Of a DNA stretch of 40,647 bases, positions 18,714 to 27,622 are shown piece by piece. The notes below the pieces were generated by a model, which saw only the letters and a list, made by a program, of their open reading frames with translations, searched no databases and was not told the origin of the DNA. The stretch is from a virus. The translations under genes were made by a program, and so were the position numbers. Location of the stretch: the UHGV virus genome UHGV-0183130; one strand, 5' to 3'. Positions within the stretch are counted from its first letter, which is position 1; every line of letters starts with the position of its first letter.

Positions 18714-20635
18714 TATTCATCTCCAGATAATGCCCGGGCATAATCAGCCAGGGTTTTGTTATTGGTCCGGCTCCCCTCTTCCTCCTGCAGGCTCGCGAGC
18801 AGTGAATCAAGATTCAGTTGCCATCGCGAAATACTGATCCGCAGGGCCGCCAGCGCATAAACGAAGCAGTCCAGCGCTTCATTTCGTCGCTTTTTGCTGT
18901 CCCAGACGATTTTCTTACGCCCGTCCACCCATTTTTCAACCTGCTCCTCAGCAGTCAGTTGCTGAGCCTCAGCCAGATCGTAAATTTCGGGGTTATTGGG
19001 AAAATGCACGGCTCCGGCAAGAGGTTCACTCCCTTCCGGCTGAAGTGTGAAGCGGTTATAAATCTGCTCCTTTGCGGTATCAGTCCCCACTTCCGTCAGA
19101 TAAACGCCGTTCTTGTTGCGTTTACGCGGCATATTCGCGACGGGCTTACCGTAAACGGAAGCCCCTTTAATCGGGATCACGCGAAACAGGCCATGCTTTT
19201 TTGAGCGATTGTAGACAATGGTCGGGTCAATACCGCCGATATCCCAGCAGATACGGGATACCGACATTTCCACGCCATTCTTTCGGGAGTAGGTTTTGTT
19301 AATCGCCTCGTCCACCCTGACGAGGGTCGCTTCATCATCATGACGGCCCATAATGATTTGCCGGTCAATCAGCCAGCTTTCCTCTCCGGGTCCCCATCCC
19401 CAGACGCGCATTTCATATCGATCCAGCTGGGAGTCAATCCCGGCTGTCAGATAAGCAACACGATCCGGTACGGATGCCCCGAAAAACTCTTTGCGTTCGG
19501 CCATGAGCTCCGCGTCAGGCCGTTCACCAATTTTAGGCTCCCATGTTTCGCCCAGCGTAGTGTTCACGAAGGTTTTACGCTTTCCGGTATCCCCTTTCGT
19601 TTTTAGCCAGTCTTTGACGATCTGTACCCAGGTGGTAAATGGGCTGTATGCCGTCCAGATGTGAAACGTCACGCTGTCCGGCGGGTCGATTTCTGTGCCT
19701 GTTGATGAAAACCAGGATAAACCATCGCGCGTCCAGATCCCGGTGGTGTCGCAGATGTAACGAGCTTCAGTGAAATCCAGCTCCTGCTGCTTAATGACGC
19801 AGGCATTATGTTCACACAGGTAAAAGACGCTGGAGGGTTCGCCCGGTGTCCATTTGAACCCGAACGGGGTTTCTTTGTCGCCGAACTTAAGGTACTGCTC
19901 TTCACCACAGTGCGGACAGGCAACATGAAAGCGCATGAAATGCCCGGACTCGCTGGCAGCACGCTCAATCTGGCAGGTCCCCTTTGTTTTTGGCGTTGAG
20001 CCACGAATAGATTTAGGCCAGACAGAGCCCTCAATACGTTTATCACCCAGAAACGTCGGGGAACCCTCTTTCTCAATATCCTCATCAAAAGCAGCGAGTT
20101 CGTCATAGCCGGCAACATCCACTGACTTTTCGCGATAGTTTTTCGCCGCCTTACCCCCCAGACACCAGAACCCGCGACCGTTGGAGAAGCGTTTCATACT
20201 GAGCGTATTGTCCCGGTGCTTTTTGCCATACCAGGGGGCCAGCGCCAGAAGTGACGGAATATCACGGATCGTGGGTTCAACATGCGACTTCATGAAGTTT
20301 TCGGCGTCACCATCCGTGGGCAGCCAGATAAGGGAATTTCGCTGCTTGTGCTGTATAAAATACGCATAAACACCCAGCAACATTTTTGAATAGCCAACAC
20401 GGGCAGACTTAACAACGTTAACTTCACGAATGTAGTCGTTACCCATCGCATTCATGATCGCGCGCTGAAATGGCAATGTTTCCCAGCGCCCTTCCTGGTA
20501 GGCCGACTCTTTGGGGAGATAGTAATTATCGTCTGCCCATTCAACCGCCGTTTGCGGCTCAGGTCGGTACAGCGAAAGTAGACCCGCGCGCGCAGAGTGC
20601 TGCAGCCCCTTAACCTGACTGTTCGATATATTCAC
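18713..20635 (-). CDS. A: Terminase large subunit A
   Basis: 640 aa starting MNISNSQV (GTG start overlapping Nu1, as in lambda); extensive near-identity to lambda gpA blocks. Confidence 0.9.
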   Translation of the reverse strand: MNISNSQVKGLQHSARAGLLSLYRPEPQTAVEWADDNYYLPKESAYQEGRWETLPFQRAIMNAMGNDYIREVNVVKSARVGYSKMLLGVYAYFIQHKQRNSLIWLPTDGDAENFMKSHVEPTIRDIPSLLALAPWYGKKHRDNTLSMKRFSNGRGFWCLGGKAAKNYREKSVDVAGYDELAAFDEDIEKEGSPTFLGDKRIEGSVWPKSIRGSTPKTKGTCQIERAASESGHFMRFHVACPHCGEEQYLKFGDKETPFGFKWTPGEPSSVFYLCEHNACVIKQQELDFTEARYICDTTGIWTRDGLSWFSSTGTEIDPPDSVTFHIWTAYSPFTTWVQIVKDWLKTKGDTGKRKTFVNTTLGETWEPKIGERPDAELMAERKEFFGASVPDRVAYLTAGIDSQLDRYEMRVWGWGPGEESWLIDRQIIMGRHDDEATLVRVDEAINKTYSRKNGVEMSVSRICWDIGGIDPTIVYNRSKKHGLFRVIPIKGASVYGKPVANMPRKRNKNGVYLTEVGTDTAKEQIYNRFTLQPEGSEPLAGAVHFPNNPEIYDLAEAQQLTAEEQVEKWVDGRKKIVWDSKKRRNEALDCFVYALAALRISISRWQLNLDSLLASLQEEEGSRTNNKTLADYARALSGDE

Positions 20636-21155
20636 TCAGCAACCCCGGTATTATTTCATCCAGCGCAGCTGCTTTGTTCATGGCTTTAATGATGTCCTTC
20701 TTGAGGAAATCAATATGTCGGTTTTCCAGCTCCGGGAAGCGCCGCTGAACAGACAGAGCAACTCCATCAAGAATGCTGGCTACTTCTCCGGCCATCCGCG
20801 ACAGCACGAACGTGCAGAATGCGGTTTCCACCACCTCAGCGGAATCTTTTGCATTTTTTAGTTCCTGGGCGTCAGCCTGTGCCCGGGTGAGGCGATGACG
20901 CTCATAGTCAATCGTACCAGGCTGAAGGTCGGATTCCGATGCAAGACGAAGGTCTTCCACCTCCTTCCGTAATTTCTCATTCTCAATCGCCGCGTCGCGT
21001 GCGGAATACCATTCAATAGCCGCGGAAGATTCATAGAGGACCTCATTACCTTTTCCGCCGCCACGTGCTACAGGCATTCCCTGATCCTGCCAGTTCTGAA
21101 TGGTTCGCACGCTGACCCCAAATATTTCAGAAAGACGCTTTTTGTTGACCTCCAT
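20610..21155 (-). CDS. Nu1: Terminase small subunit Nu1
   Basis: 181 aa MEVNKKRLSEIFGVSVRTIQNWQDQGMPV..., close to lambda Nu1 along its length. Confidence 0.9.
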   Translation of the reverse strand: MEVNKKRLSEIFGVSVRTIQNWQDQGMPVARGGGKGNEVLYESSAAIEWYSARDAAIENEKLRKEVEDLRLASESDLQPGTIDYERHRLTRAQADAQELKNAKDSAEVVETAFCTFVLSRMAGEVASILDGVALSVQRRFPELENRHIDFLKKDIIKAMNKAAALDEIIPGLLSEYIEQSG

Positions 21156-21159
21156 AGCT

Positions 21160-21400
21160 CACTCCATGCACAAAAACAGAGAAAGGAAACGCCCTCTGGC
21201 TATTTAGCCGTTTTTAAGGCTTATCATTTCCTTTCTTTTCAGGGGGTGTTTACAGTTAAAACAATGAATTAGCGAGAAGAAGAACGGAAACGGCAAATGC
21301 CTGAAAATTTTCATAAATAGCGAGAATCTGCGCGGTCGCCGCCCCGTAACGGAGCGGATCGCTGGAAAGGACCCGCAAACGATAATAAATATCAATTTCA
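21160..21400. other. cos site (cosB - cosN - cosQ), lambda type
   Basis: Reverse complement of 21300-21344 reads GGGCGGCGACCGCGCAGATTCTCGCTATTTATGAAAATTTTCAG, close to the lambda left end; 12-nt cohesive-end equivalent at 21333-21344; cosB-like sequence toward Nu1 and cosQ-like GCGGGTCCTTTCC...GTTACG on the other side. Confidence 0.8.
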
Positions 21401-21496
21401 CAATTCGATTTATAAGCTATCCCTATAATGATTCTCTTAGCGTATGCACAATTAAATGGGCACATCACATTTAGTGCCCTTAGGTTTTCTTCTAGA

Positions 21497-22000
21497 TTAC
21501 TTTGCTTTAAGAACGCTTTTTGATTCTTTAACTAAATCTTCCAGAAGTTTATTTGTCAACGATAAGAGATGTTCTTCAGCATCATCTGTATCTAACCCCT
21601 GAAAATTAACTTCATAGTCAACCTTATCTTCTCGTTTCAAATAATCAGTTAGAAGTTTTGATACTGATTCAGTAACCAGCAAGGGGCCGATATTGCTATA
21701 TTTTACTATTAAATCTTTTGCCTCAGCAGCTGAGATTTGTAATTTACTAAGTTTCTCAGCACTCAATTTGATAAAGTTTGGATATTCATCTGGACCTAAT
21801 CGTTGATACTCTTTCAAATCAGAATAATAATCTTGTAGAACCTTTACCTGATAAATTGCATTAGTTAATTCAATAAGGGCCCCTGCTCTCTTCTCCCACC
21901 ACTTTTCACTATAAAAACGTTTTAAAGCAAATAACATTGCAATCCATGCACCAAGTCCACCCGCTACTACAGAGATCACTAATTGGTAAATATAATTCAT
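21497..22000 (-). CDS. Hypothetical membrane-anchored protein, AT-rich cargo gene
   Basis: 167 aa, N-terminal hydrophobic helix IYQLVISVVAGGLGAWIAMLFAL then a charged helical region; SD GAGG before ATG; local GC roughly 35-38 percent versus about 52 percent in phage core. Confidence 0.5.
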   Translation of the reverse strand: MNYIYQLVISVVAGGLGAWIAMLFALKRFYSEKWWEKRAGALIELTNAIYQVKVLQDYYSDLKEYQRLGPDEYPNFIKLSAEKLSKLQISAAEAKDLIVKYSNIGPLLVTESVSKLLTDYLKREDKVDYEVNFQGLDTDDAEEHLLSLTNKLLEDLVKESKSVLKAK

Positions 22001-22420
22001 GATAGCCTCGCATATTTATACTGTGACTATTCTGCATGATTTTGACTAATCAGTACATATCAACCATTCTTTCCGGATGACCGCGCTAATGATATCGAGA
22101 CAATCCCTACAGATTAGTCTGCTCCCTATGGAATTTTTCTCTTCCACATTTCCTTCAGTACAGGGGGAGTTATTGTGCATTATCTCAGGCGCTCAGTGAA
22201 TGCCTCTGTAATGGCAGCCTGTGTAACAAACAACCTACCGTTCAATGGCTGAGCGACCTGCTATCACGATGGCAGTCATCATGGAAAAACCCCATATTTT
22301 CTATAATTAATAAGAAAATCATGACATAAGTCATTGAAATACTGATTGCTCATTGTAACTTGGATTTATCTCCCCACTTCCCTATTGCGCTATTGTTGGC
22401 GTAATTAGGAGAAGCTATAA

Positions 22421-22846
22421 ATGACTGGTAAAACAATTAATCTGCAATTTGATGGGTATTGGCGTGAAGCCAATAAGAGTGGCGTTCCAGATCAGTCAGG
22501 AATCTACTGCGTATACGCATGCAAAGCTGTTACTAATGGCTCCAAGACAACACTCGAAATTCGTAAGTTGATTTATATCGGCGAATCATCGAACGTCCGA
22601 TCCCGTGTGGCCACGCACGACAGGCTGGGTGACTGGAATGAACATTTAATGGTCGGTGAGACTCTCTGCTATTCCGTCGCTACTATTACTGGAAAAGATG
22701 ATCGGGTGCGCGCAGAAGCTGCATTGATTAACAAAATGACTCCCCCTGCAAATAGCGAGTATACGGGTGAATTCCCTTACAACGAAACCACTGTTAACTG
22801 CTCTGGGGAAACTTCGCATTTGCTTTCCACATTAACCGTTGGTTAA
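22421..22846 (+). CDS. Putative GIY-YIG-like nuclease domain protein
   Basis: 141 aa; SGIYCVY ... KLIYIGESSNVRSRVATH ... RVRAEAALINKMTPPAN fits GIY / YIG / Arg / Glu / Asn motif order, though the GIY-YIG spacing is longer than canonical. Opposite strand to flanking late genes. Confidence 0.45.
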   Translation: MTGKTINLQFDGYWREANKSGVPDQSGIYCVYACKAVTNGSKTTLEIRKLIYIGESSNVRSRVATHDRLGDWNEHLMVGETLCYSVATITGKDDRVRAEAALINKMTPPANSEYTGEFPYNETTVNCSGETSHLLSTLTVG

Positions 22847-22880
22847 CTCTTTAAAATGGCTGGCTAAGTCTAGCGGCCAT

Positions 22881-23042
22881 TCACTTCAAACATTGCTGCC
22901 TGATGTAATCCTGTAAGTAACTCACTTGCCCGGTGATGGTGCTGATTCGCTCTCTGAGGGTGAAATAATCCCGTTTAGCGGCGTCAGTAAGTCGGGGGCT
23001 ATTGCCATCATCCTTACCGATGATATTGTCTGTTTCACTCAC
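22881..23042 (-). pseudogene. Remnant of an Rz (i-spanin) 3' end
   Basis: In-frame minus translation [43 protein letters not shown] matches the Rz C-terminus; about 54 bp at 22945-22998 is a near-repeat of 24061-24114 inside the intact Rz; no N-terminal part. Confidence 0.55.
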
Positions 23043-23165
23043 TCAGTAGTTAGTATGGTTCTGCATTGTCCCTTCACTAATGTCGTGCTGCGATGTAATT
23101 TCACGGAGGGCCATCACTCCGGCACAGTACGCCGCCCCGATGACCTCCCAGTCCGGCTTGCTCAT
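23043..23165 (-). CDS. Small ORF (40 aa) with HTH-like sequence resembling terminase small-subunit N-termini; possibly a gene remnant
   Basis: MSKPDWEVIGAAYCAGVMALREITSQHDISEGTMQNHTNY; AGGA-type SD upstream; ends with stop directly followed in frame by the Rz remnant. Confidence 0.3.
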   Translation of the reverse strand: MSKPDWEVIGAAYCAGVMALREITSQHDISEGTMQNHTNY

Positions 23166-23251
23166 GCTTCTTTCCTATTAAAGTAATCCCATTGATGACC
23201 TATGGTAAGACGGAAGTAAACCTGTCATCTATGCTACCGAGGAGATTCTCG

Positions 23252-23440
23252 ATGGACGAAACAATTACTGAAAATGCTATTAAGCAAGCATATAGCGTTA
23301 CCATCATGCAGCTTTTTAATGTCTATCTAAATTCAGCAAACGATCCCAACGCATCAGCAAGATTTCAGGAAGGGCTTCGTCTTGCGATACAAGTCCGAGA
23401 TGCCTGCTTGCAAATCGCCTCCCAAAACCATGCGCCATGA
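23252..23440 (+). CDS. Hypothetical small protein (AT-rich cargo)
   Basis: ATG with GAGGAG SD; 62 aa; first of three tandem same-strand small ORFs; 4-nt overlap with next ORF. Confidence 0.3.
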   Translation: MDETITENAIKQAYSVTIMQLFNVYLNSANDPNASARFQEGLRLAIQVRDACLQIASQNHAP

Positions 23441-23685
23441 ATTCATTAGCGGCCTATTCAAAAACTACCATTACGATGGGTCTGCCCATGGTTATGGCAA
23501 CGCAGAAAGGTAATAGAATAAGAGTTAATCCCCTGACCTTACCAAACCAGCGGCCCACCCTAATTAGCTCGATTACTTTGAATACAACTTTTGTGTTTAG
23601 GCAACCTCAAAAATCATACAAACATATCACCCACGCTGATAAAAAAACAATCCAAAATAAAATCTCATTTACATCACTGGAGTAA
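23437..23685 (+). CDS. Hypothetical small protein (AT-rich cargo)
   Basis: 82 aa ORF overlapping the previous stop (ATGA); no recognisable family. Confidence 0.25.
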   Translation: MNSLAAYSKTTITMGLPMVMATQKGNRIRVNPLTLPNQRPTLISSITLNTTFVFRQPQKSYKHITHADKKTIQNKISFTSLE

Positions 23686-23690
23686 CAACC

Positions 23691-23936
23691 ATGCCTAACT
23701 GTGAACTTTTAACCGAAACCGGCGTTGATAACTTTGCCATTGTTATCAAATTTCTATCAGAAAACAACCTTATAGATGAAGCAGTTAATTATTTAAAAAA
23801 CAATGGCCATACAAATATTAGAGTCAGCATCGAAGCTGTTGAAGACATACAGAAATTCTTATCCGAAAAATATCCATCATCCTCATCAAGCAAAGCTGAT
23901 GCCATAATTAATTGCAGTCATAGCCATTGCAGTTAA
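23691..23936 (+). CDS. Hypothetical small protein (AT-rich cargo)
   Basis: 81 aa ORF with GGAG SD; acidic, Ser-rich C-terminus; no recognisable family. Confidence 0.3.
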   Translation: MPNCELLTETGVDNFAIVIKFLSENNLIDEAVNYLKNNGHTNIRVSIEAVEDIQKFLSEKYPSSSSSKADAIINCSHSHCS

Positions 23937-23996
23937 TTACTAACGCTATGCCAACTAATATTGAATAACTAATCAGACAGCGAAATAGGTGACAAG

Positions 23997-24461
23997 TCAT
24001 TTTAAATTCTGCGCACTGACATATTCTTGTAATCCGGCAAGTTGCTTGGTGACAGTTTCTATTCGCTCTCTGAGAGTGAAATAATCCCGTTGAGCGGTGT
24101 CAGTAAGTCTGGGGCCGGTTGCATCATCCATGCTGGCGGTGTCGGTGGTTTGACGCACTTTATTGCAGGCGGCTGCAACGCGCAGCTGCTTGCGCCCAGA
24201 CTCAACATCGCCACGTAGACCGCTAATGGTGTTTTTCGCATCAGCTAACTCCTTCGTATATTTGGCATCCAGTGCAGCGACATCGCGCTGGCGGGTTTGC
24301 ATGTCGGTGATAGTAACGTTAGCTAGGCTGAGCTTTTCAGTTGCTTTGTTGCGTTGGTCTTTGTAGGTGATCGCGTTGTCGCGGTAGTGGTTAACGGCCC
24401 AGCCTAGAGATAAGATTATGCAGATGATCACAGTAATGATGATGTTTGTTAGTCGACTCAC
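23997..24461 (-). CDS. Rz: Spanin inner-membrane subunit Rz
   Basis: 154 aa; [16 protein letters not shown]...[20 protein letters not shown] parallels lambda Rz; GTG start overlapping endolysin stop. Confidence 0.85.
   Translation of the reverse strand: MSRLTNIIITVIICIILSLGWAVNHYRDNAITYKDQRNKATEKLSLANVTITDMQTRQRDVAALDAKYTKELADAKNTISGLRGDVESGRKQLRVAAACNKVRQTTDTASMDDATGPRLTDTAQRDYFTLRERIETVTKQLAGLQEYVSAQNLK
24059..24241 (-). CDS. Rz1: Spanin outer-membrane lipoprotein Rz1, embedded in Rz in +1 frame
   Basis: 60 aa with signal peptide and lipobox (LGASSC), proline-rich [17 protein letters not shown] and C-terminal TPLNGIIS, as in lambda Rz1. Confidence 0.75.
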   Translation of the reverse strand: MRKTPLAVYVAMLSLGASSCALQPPAIKCVKPPTPPAWMMQPAPDLLTPLNGIISLSESE

Positions 24462-25006
24462 CGGTCAATCCCCCAGCACGTCAGCGCACTTTCTTGATCG
24501 CGCCGCTCGACCTGCCCATAGCACCCATTTTTCTGGCCTTTGGTCAGACGACAGTCGCGGCCGCCGTCTTTAATCCACCAGCGGATCGCTTCACAGGCGC
24601 CTTTACGGTCACCAGCGTTAATGCGCTTATAGAACGTAGAAGGGAAACATTTTCCGGGGCCGATGTTGTAAGGACAAAATGACGCAATACCCGCTTTCTG
24701 TGGTTCGGTCAGTGGTACTTTGATATTTCGCTCAACCCACGCCAGCGCCTTGTCGCGTTCTATGGCGTTCACCTTGGCGCATTTCTCAGCAGACAGCTTC
24801 ATGCCCTGAACTACTGGCTTACCATCAACCATCGTGGCGCCACGGCAAATAGTCCAGATTCCGCCGCCGTCGCGATATGCTGTCAGGCTGTTACCCTCTT
24901 TCTCATCCAGAAACTGATCGAGAATCACGGGCGCGGAAGCCCCCGCAAGAATCAAACCAACGACCGCTGCGCTCAGTTTATTCTTCAGCTTTGGTGGCAT
25001 AGCCAT
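24458..25006 (-). CDS. Endolysin, T4-lysozyme family (GH24) with N-terminal signal-anchor-release-like segment
   Basis: Gly/Ala-rich weakly hydrophobic N-terminus [19 protein letters not shown] then E-x8-D-x5-T catalytic spacing ([16 protein letters not shown]); resembles phage 21-type SAR endolysins. Confidence 0.8.
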   Translation of the reverse strand: MAMPPKLKNKLSAAVVGLILAGASAPVILDQFLDEKEGNSLTAYRDGGGIWTICRGATMVDGKPVVQGMKLSAEKCAKVNAIERDKALAWVERNIKVPLTEPQKAGIASFCPYNIGPGKCFPSTFYKRINAGDRKGACEAIRWWIKDGGRDCRLTKGQKNGCYGQVERRDQESALTCWGIDR

Positions 25007-25256
25007 TGCGCCGATCCTCCCGTTCTTTCCAGCGGAAATACCAGTTCACTGCACAAGTGATAACTGTGCATGCGATACCGACAATAATTGCCCAGTCGCT
25101 CAGGCTTAACCCTGCAATTCTGTCGGCCAGCATCCAGGACACCTCTTTTGCTGTTTTAGCTGTTTCGGCATATGCCTTCGCTGATACACCGCAGCCGGCA
25201 AGCGTGGTTCCTGATCCATATGAAAGTCTGCTGTAAATGGTGCTCATTCTGGTCAT
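24978..25256 (-). CDS. Holin, pinholin-like, possible dual start (MTRM)
   Basis: 92 aa with two hydrophobic segments, the first Gly/Ser/Ala-rich; C-terminus [15 protein letters not shown] resembles the phage 21 pinholin tail; SD GGAGG; overlaps endolysin start. Confidence 0.7.
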   Translation of the reverse strand: MTRMSTIYSRLSYGSGTTLAGCGVSAKAYAETAKTAKEVSWMLADRIAGLSLSDWAIIVGIACTVITCAVNWYFRWKEREDRRNGYATKAEE

Positions 25257-25360
25257 AGCCCTACCTCCGATTATTCGGATGGCGCTGTGTGATGAAAGGG
25301 TCAGGCTTCACGGGCTGGATTTATCAACAATATGTATCGTGGATGATTCCCGTGAGCCTG

Positions 25361-25390
25361 AAATAAAAAAGCCCCGGCGAATGCCAGGGC
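25361..25390 (-). terminator. Rho-independent terminator upstream of the lysis cassette (tR'-like)
   Basis: On minus strand GCCCUGGC-AUUC-GCCGGGGC (8-bp stem with one G-U) followed by UUUUUUAUUU. Confidence 0.6.
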
Positions 25391-25915
25391 TGGTAAATCT
25401 CAAATTTAAATATCAAAGGGATTTCGTTTTAGCTCCAGAGCTTCCTGTTGTCGCCAATGCAACCAGGTTGGTTTTAATGACTTAGCCTTCTCTGATGATG
25501 AGCAAGTTTTTTGGTATAGGTATTCAGTCATACTTATACCAACCTTGGTATCTGGAAATACCCCATGGTATGTGCCGTCAGGATCCTGATGATTGGATAC
25601 GAATAACAATTGCACAAAAGTATTCATACCTTCATTAGACAAATAACAAGAATGAATAAAACGTAGGGTATGAAAATGGTGACTATCTAAATTAACCATG
25701 ATGCTCTCCATGTGGAGTTTATAGCACTCATGTGCACATCACCCGGCGGGTGAAGGGCAAATTTTAACCTTTCCCCTCAGTTTCATCCAACAACAATAAT
25801 AAAACCCGCTCATCGGCGGGTTTATAAAATTTTGGCAACATATCAAATATGCTTAAAATATGGCTTATTTTGTTGCATTTTGCAAGCGCGTTTGAAGGAG
25901 ATAGTGAAATTTACT

Positions 25916-26605
25916 TCACATTTCTGCCACTTTGAGGGCTTCTTCTTCCTCATAGTATTCAAGAGCCATTGCCAACGCAGATTCATCAAGCTGGGTAAAA
26001 GCGGCCTTTAACCCAGCCCAGTGCCATGAATAGACACGCAACCATGTCGAACGGTCAACGCTAACCATGCGGGCCAACGCTGCACCAGCATAGTCTTTAT
26101 AGGTTTCATTATTTCTGTTTGCGGCAATTTCCTGCCCTGCCAGCCATACCAGACCTATCAGTTTCTTTACTACACGCTCCTGAAGCGAGTTTTCACCCAG
26201 GCATTTCTGATAAGTTTTCCAGACGTATTCACACATCATCACCTGGTGCTTATAGCTAAGGTCAAAACCGTAGCAGTACCGCAACCAGGCCTGCTGGTAT
26301 CCACTAAGCGCGGACACTGCCCTACGCCACGGCGCGGACTCAAATTCCGCATCTTTTATCGGCGGCATTGGCCTGCGGCGGCTGCGTGTTTCCAGCACAT
26401 ACAGTGGCGCGGAAAGCGAGTTAACAAAGCGTGGCCCCTTCTCTCCTTCGAGTTCGACGAGATGAATTCCACGGCGCGGGGTGGCATTTTTGTCTGCTGG
26501 TGGGTGTTCACTGAAAGCCTCAAGCTGCCCTTTTGTTCCCCCAGAGAGGTCAGGTAGCGCGCGGCGCAATTCTATTCTTACAAAATTCAGGTCTTGTTGA
26601 TTCAT
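25916..26605 (-). CDS. Putative late-gene antiterminator (Q-like, QuuQ-type), assigned mainly by position
   Basis: About 229 aa from ATG 26605; sits between the DUF968-like gene and the lysis cassette, matching the ydfU - quuQ - holin order recalled from E. coli Qin prophage; not similar to lambda Q itself. Confidence 0.45.
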   Translation of the reverse strand: MNQQDLNFVRIELRRALPDLSGGTKGQLEAFSEHPPADKNATPRRGIHLVELEGEKGPRFVNSLSAPLYVLETRSRRRPMPPIKDAEFESAPWRRAVSALSGYQQAWLRYCYGFDLSYKHQVMMCEYVWKTYQKCLGENSLQERVVKKLIGLVWLAGQEIAANRNNETYKDYAGAALARMVSVDRSTWLRVYSWHWAGLKAAFTQLDESALAMALEYYEEEEALKVAEM

Positions 26606-26626
26606 GCTTCTTTGCGCTCCATACAC

Positions 26627-27622
26627 TTAAGCTTTCGCAATTACGCCGATCGCCAGCGCCCGATCCATAAAACGCAGTAGCAGCTCAAGCTGCGTACCAT
26701 GCTTCTGCTCGAATGCTGGTACATCGGCGTGTAACTCGTCGTGGCACTCTCTGCACAGAGGGATCACGAAGAGGTCATGGGCTTTTGTTGCTGTACCACC
26801 CATACCGTGCCCTACGATATGGTGCGGATCATCTGCTGGCCGTCGGCAACACTCACAGGGTTGTGTTTTAACCCAGCGGGTGTACGTCTCATTTATCCAG
26901 CGGCGTCGCTTTGGCCTGAGCATGAAAGATTCTGGAGACTCCGGATCAACAGAGAGCGTGAGGATCTTCTTCGCCTTCTCCTGCACGAGGCTGGTTGCAG
27001 ACGCTGAAGGCACAATGTCGCTTTCCCTCATGACAGAGCGGATGTTCTCATCCGGGAGGCGCAGCCCTTTGTGCGCAACGCTTTCCGGAATAACATCAGC
27101 CAGGTCGTTTCTGACCATCCACCAGCACAGTTCCGGAAGCGTCAGGATATGCGACTCGGGAAAACCAGAATCACGCCGAATGACTTCCAGAATCCAGGAT
27201 ACCAGGTTTCCTGCCGCTATACCTGCAAGCTGTTCGGTATGCTGCCCCGACAAAGTGTGATCGCAATGCCAGCACAGGCGAATGCTTCCTGGTGGGTGCC
27301 GCATTGTTGTGAAGTTCTTGTCGTGCCACGATGAATGTGGCCACTGGCATTCAAACCGAGAACTCAGCCACTGCTCAAGGGAAGGAAGCCCACCGGCACG
27401 CTGAATAACCCGCTCATTCCCGAAGACCTGCCGCATTACCGGATCATCAGCCAGCGGCTGAATGGCTGCCGGAACAGCCCCGGTACTGAATGACGCCATT
27501 TCTTCTGGTTCAGGTTCGAGCAGAACGCGACCACGCATGAAGAGGTGCATCAGTTCCGCGCCGGGACGAAACAACACAATCCCCATACGATGGGCTACTT
27601 CAGGAGTTAACAAAGCCCTCAC
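26627..27622 (-). CDS. DUF968-family phage protein (YdfU-like) with C-terminal Cys/His cluster
   Basis: 331 aa; C-terminus CECCRRPADDPHHIVGHGMGGTATKAHDLFVIPLCRECHDELH looks like an HNH/zinc-finger type motif; GTG start overlapping Rha stop (GTGA). Confidence 0.5.
   Translation of the reverse strand: MRALLTPEVAHRMGIVLFRPGAELMHLFMRGRVLLEPEPEEMASFSTGAVPAAIQPLADDPVMRQVFGNERVIQRAGGLPSLEQWLSSRFECQWPHSSWHDKNFTTMRHPPGSIRLCWHCDHTLSGQHTEQLAGIAAGNLVSWILEVIRRDSGFPESHILTLPELCWWMVRNDLADVIPESVAHKGLRLPDENIRSVMRESDIVPSASATSLVQEKAKKILTLSVDPESPESFMLRPKRRRWINETYTRWVKTQPCECCRRPADDPHHIVGHGMGGTATKAHDLFVIPLCRECHDELHADVPAFEQKHGTQLELLLRFMDRALAIGVIAKA

Noticed and set aside
15600-20635. Plus-strand ORFs inside C, B and A (e.g. 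15739-15975, 16342-16707, 17653-18069, 18085-18375, 18818-19204)
   Set aside because: Overlap well-supported structural genes on the opposite strand; no SD sequences or motifs.
22926-23186. 86-aa plus-strand ORF
   Set aside because: Antisense to the Rz-remnant region, which has clear homology on the minus strand; likely an artifact.
25406-25711. 101-aa minus ORF between Q-like gene and the tR'-like terminator
   Set aside because: Lies in the expected pR' leader, AT-rich repeat-containing sequence, no SD and no recognisable motif; kept only as a note in findings.
25257-25915. Possible tRNA genes or toxin (stx-like) cargo between Q and holin
   Set aside because: No tRNA-like conserved T-loop/acceptor features seen by eye and no long ORF; interval too short for a toxin operon.
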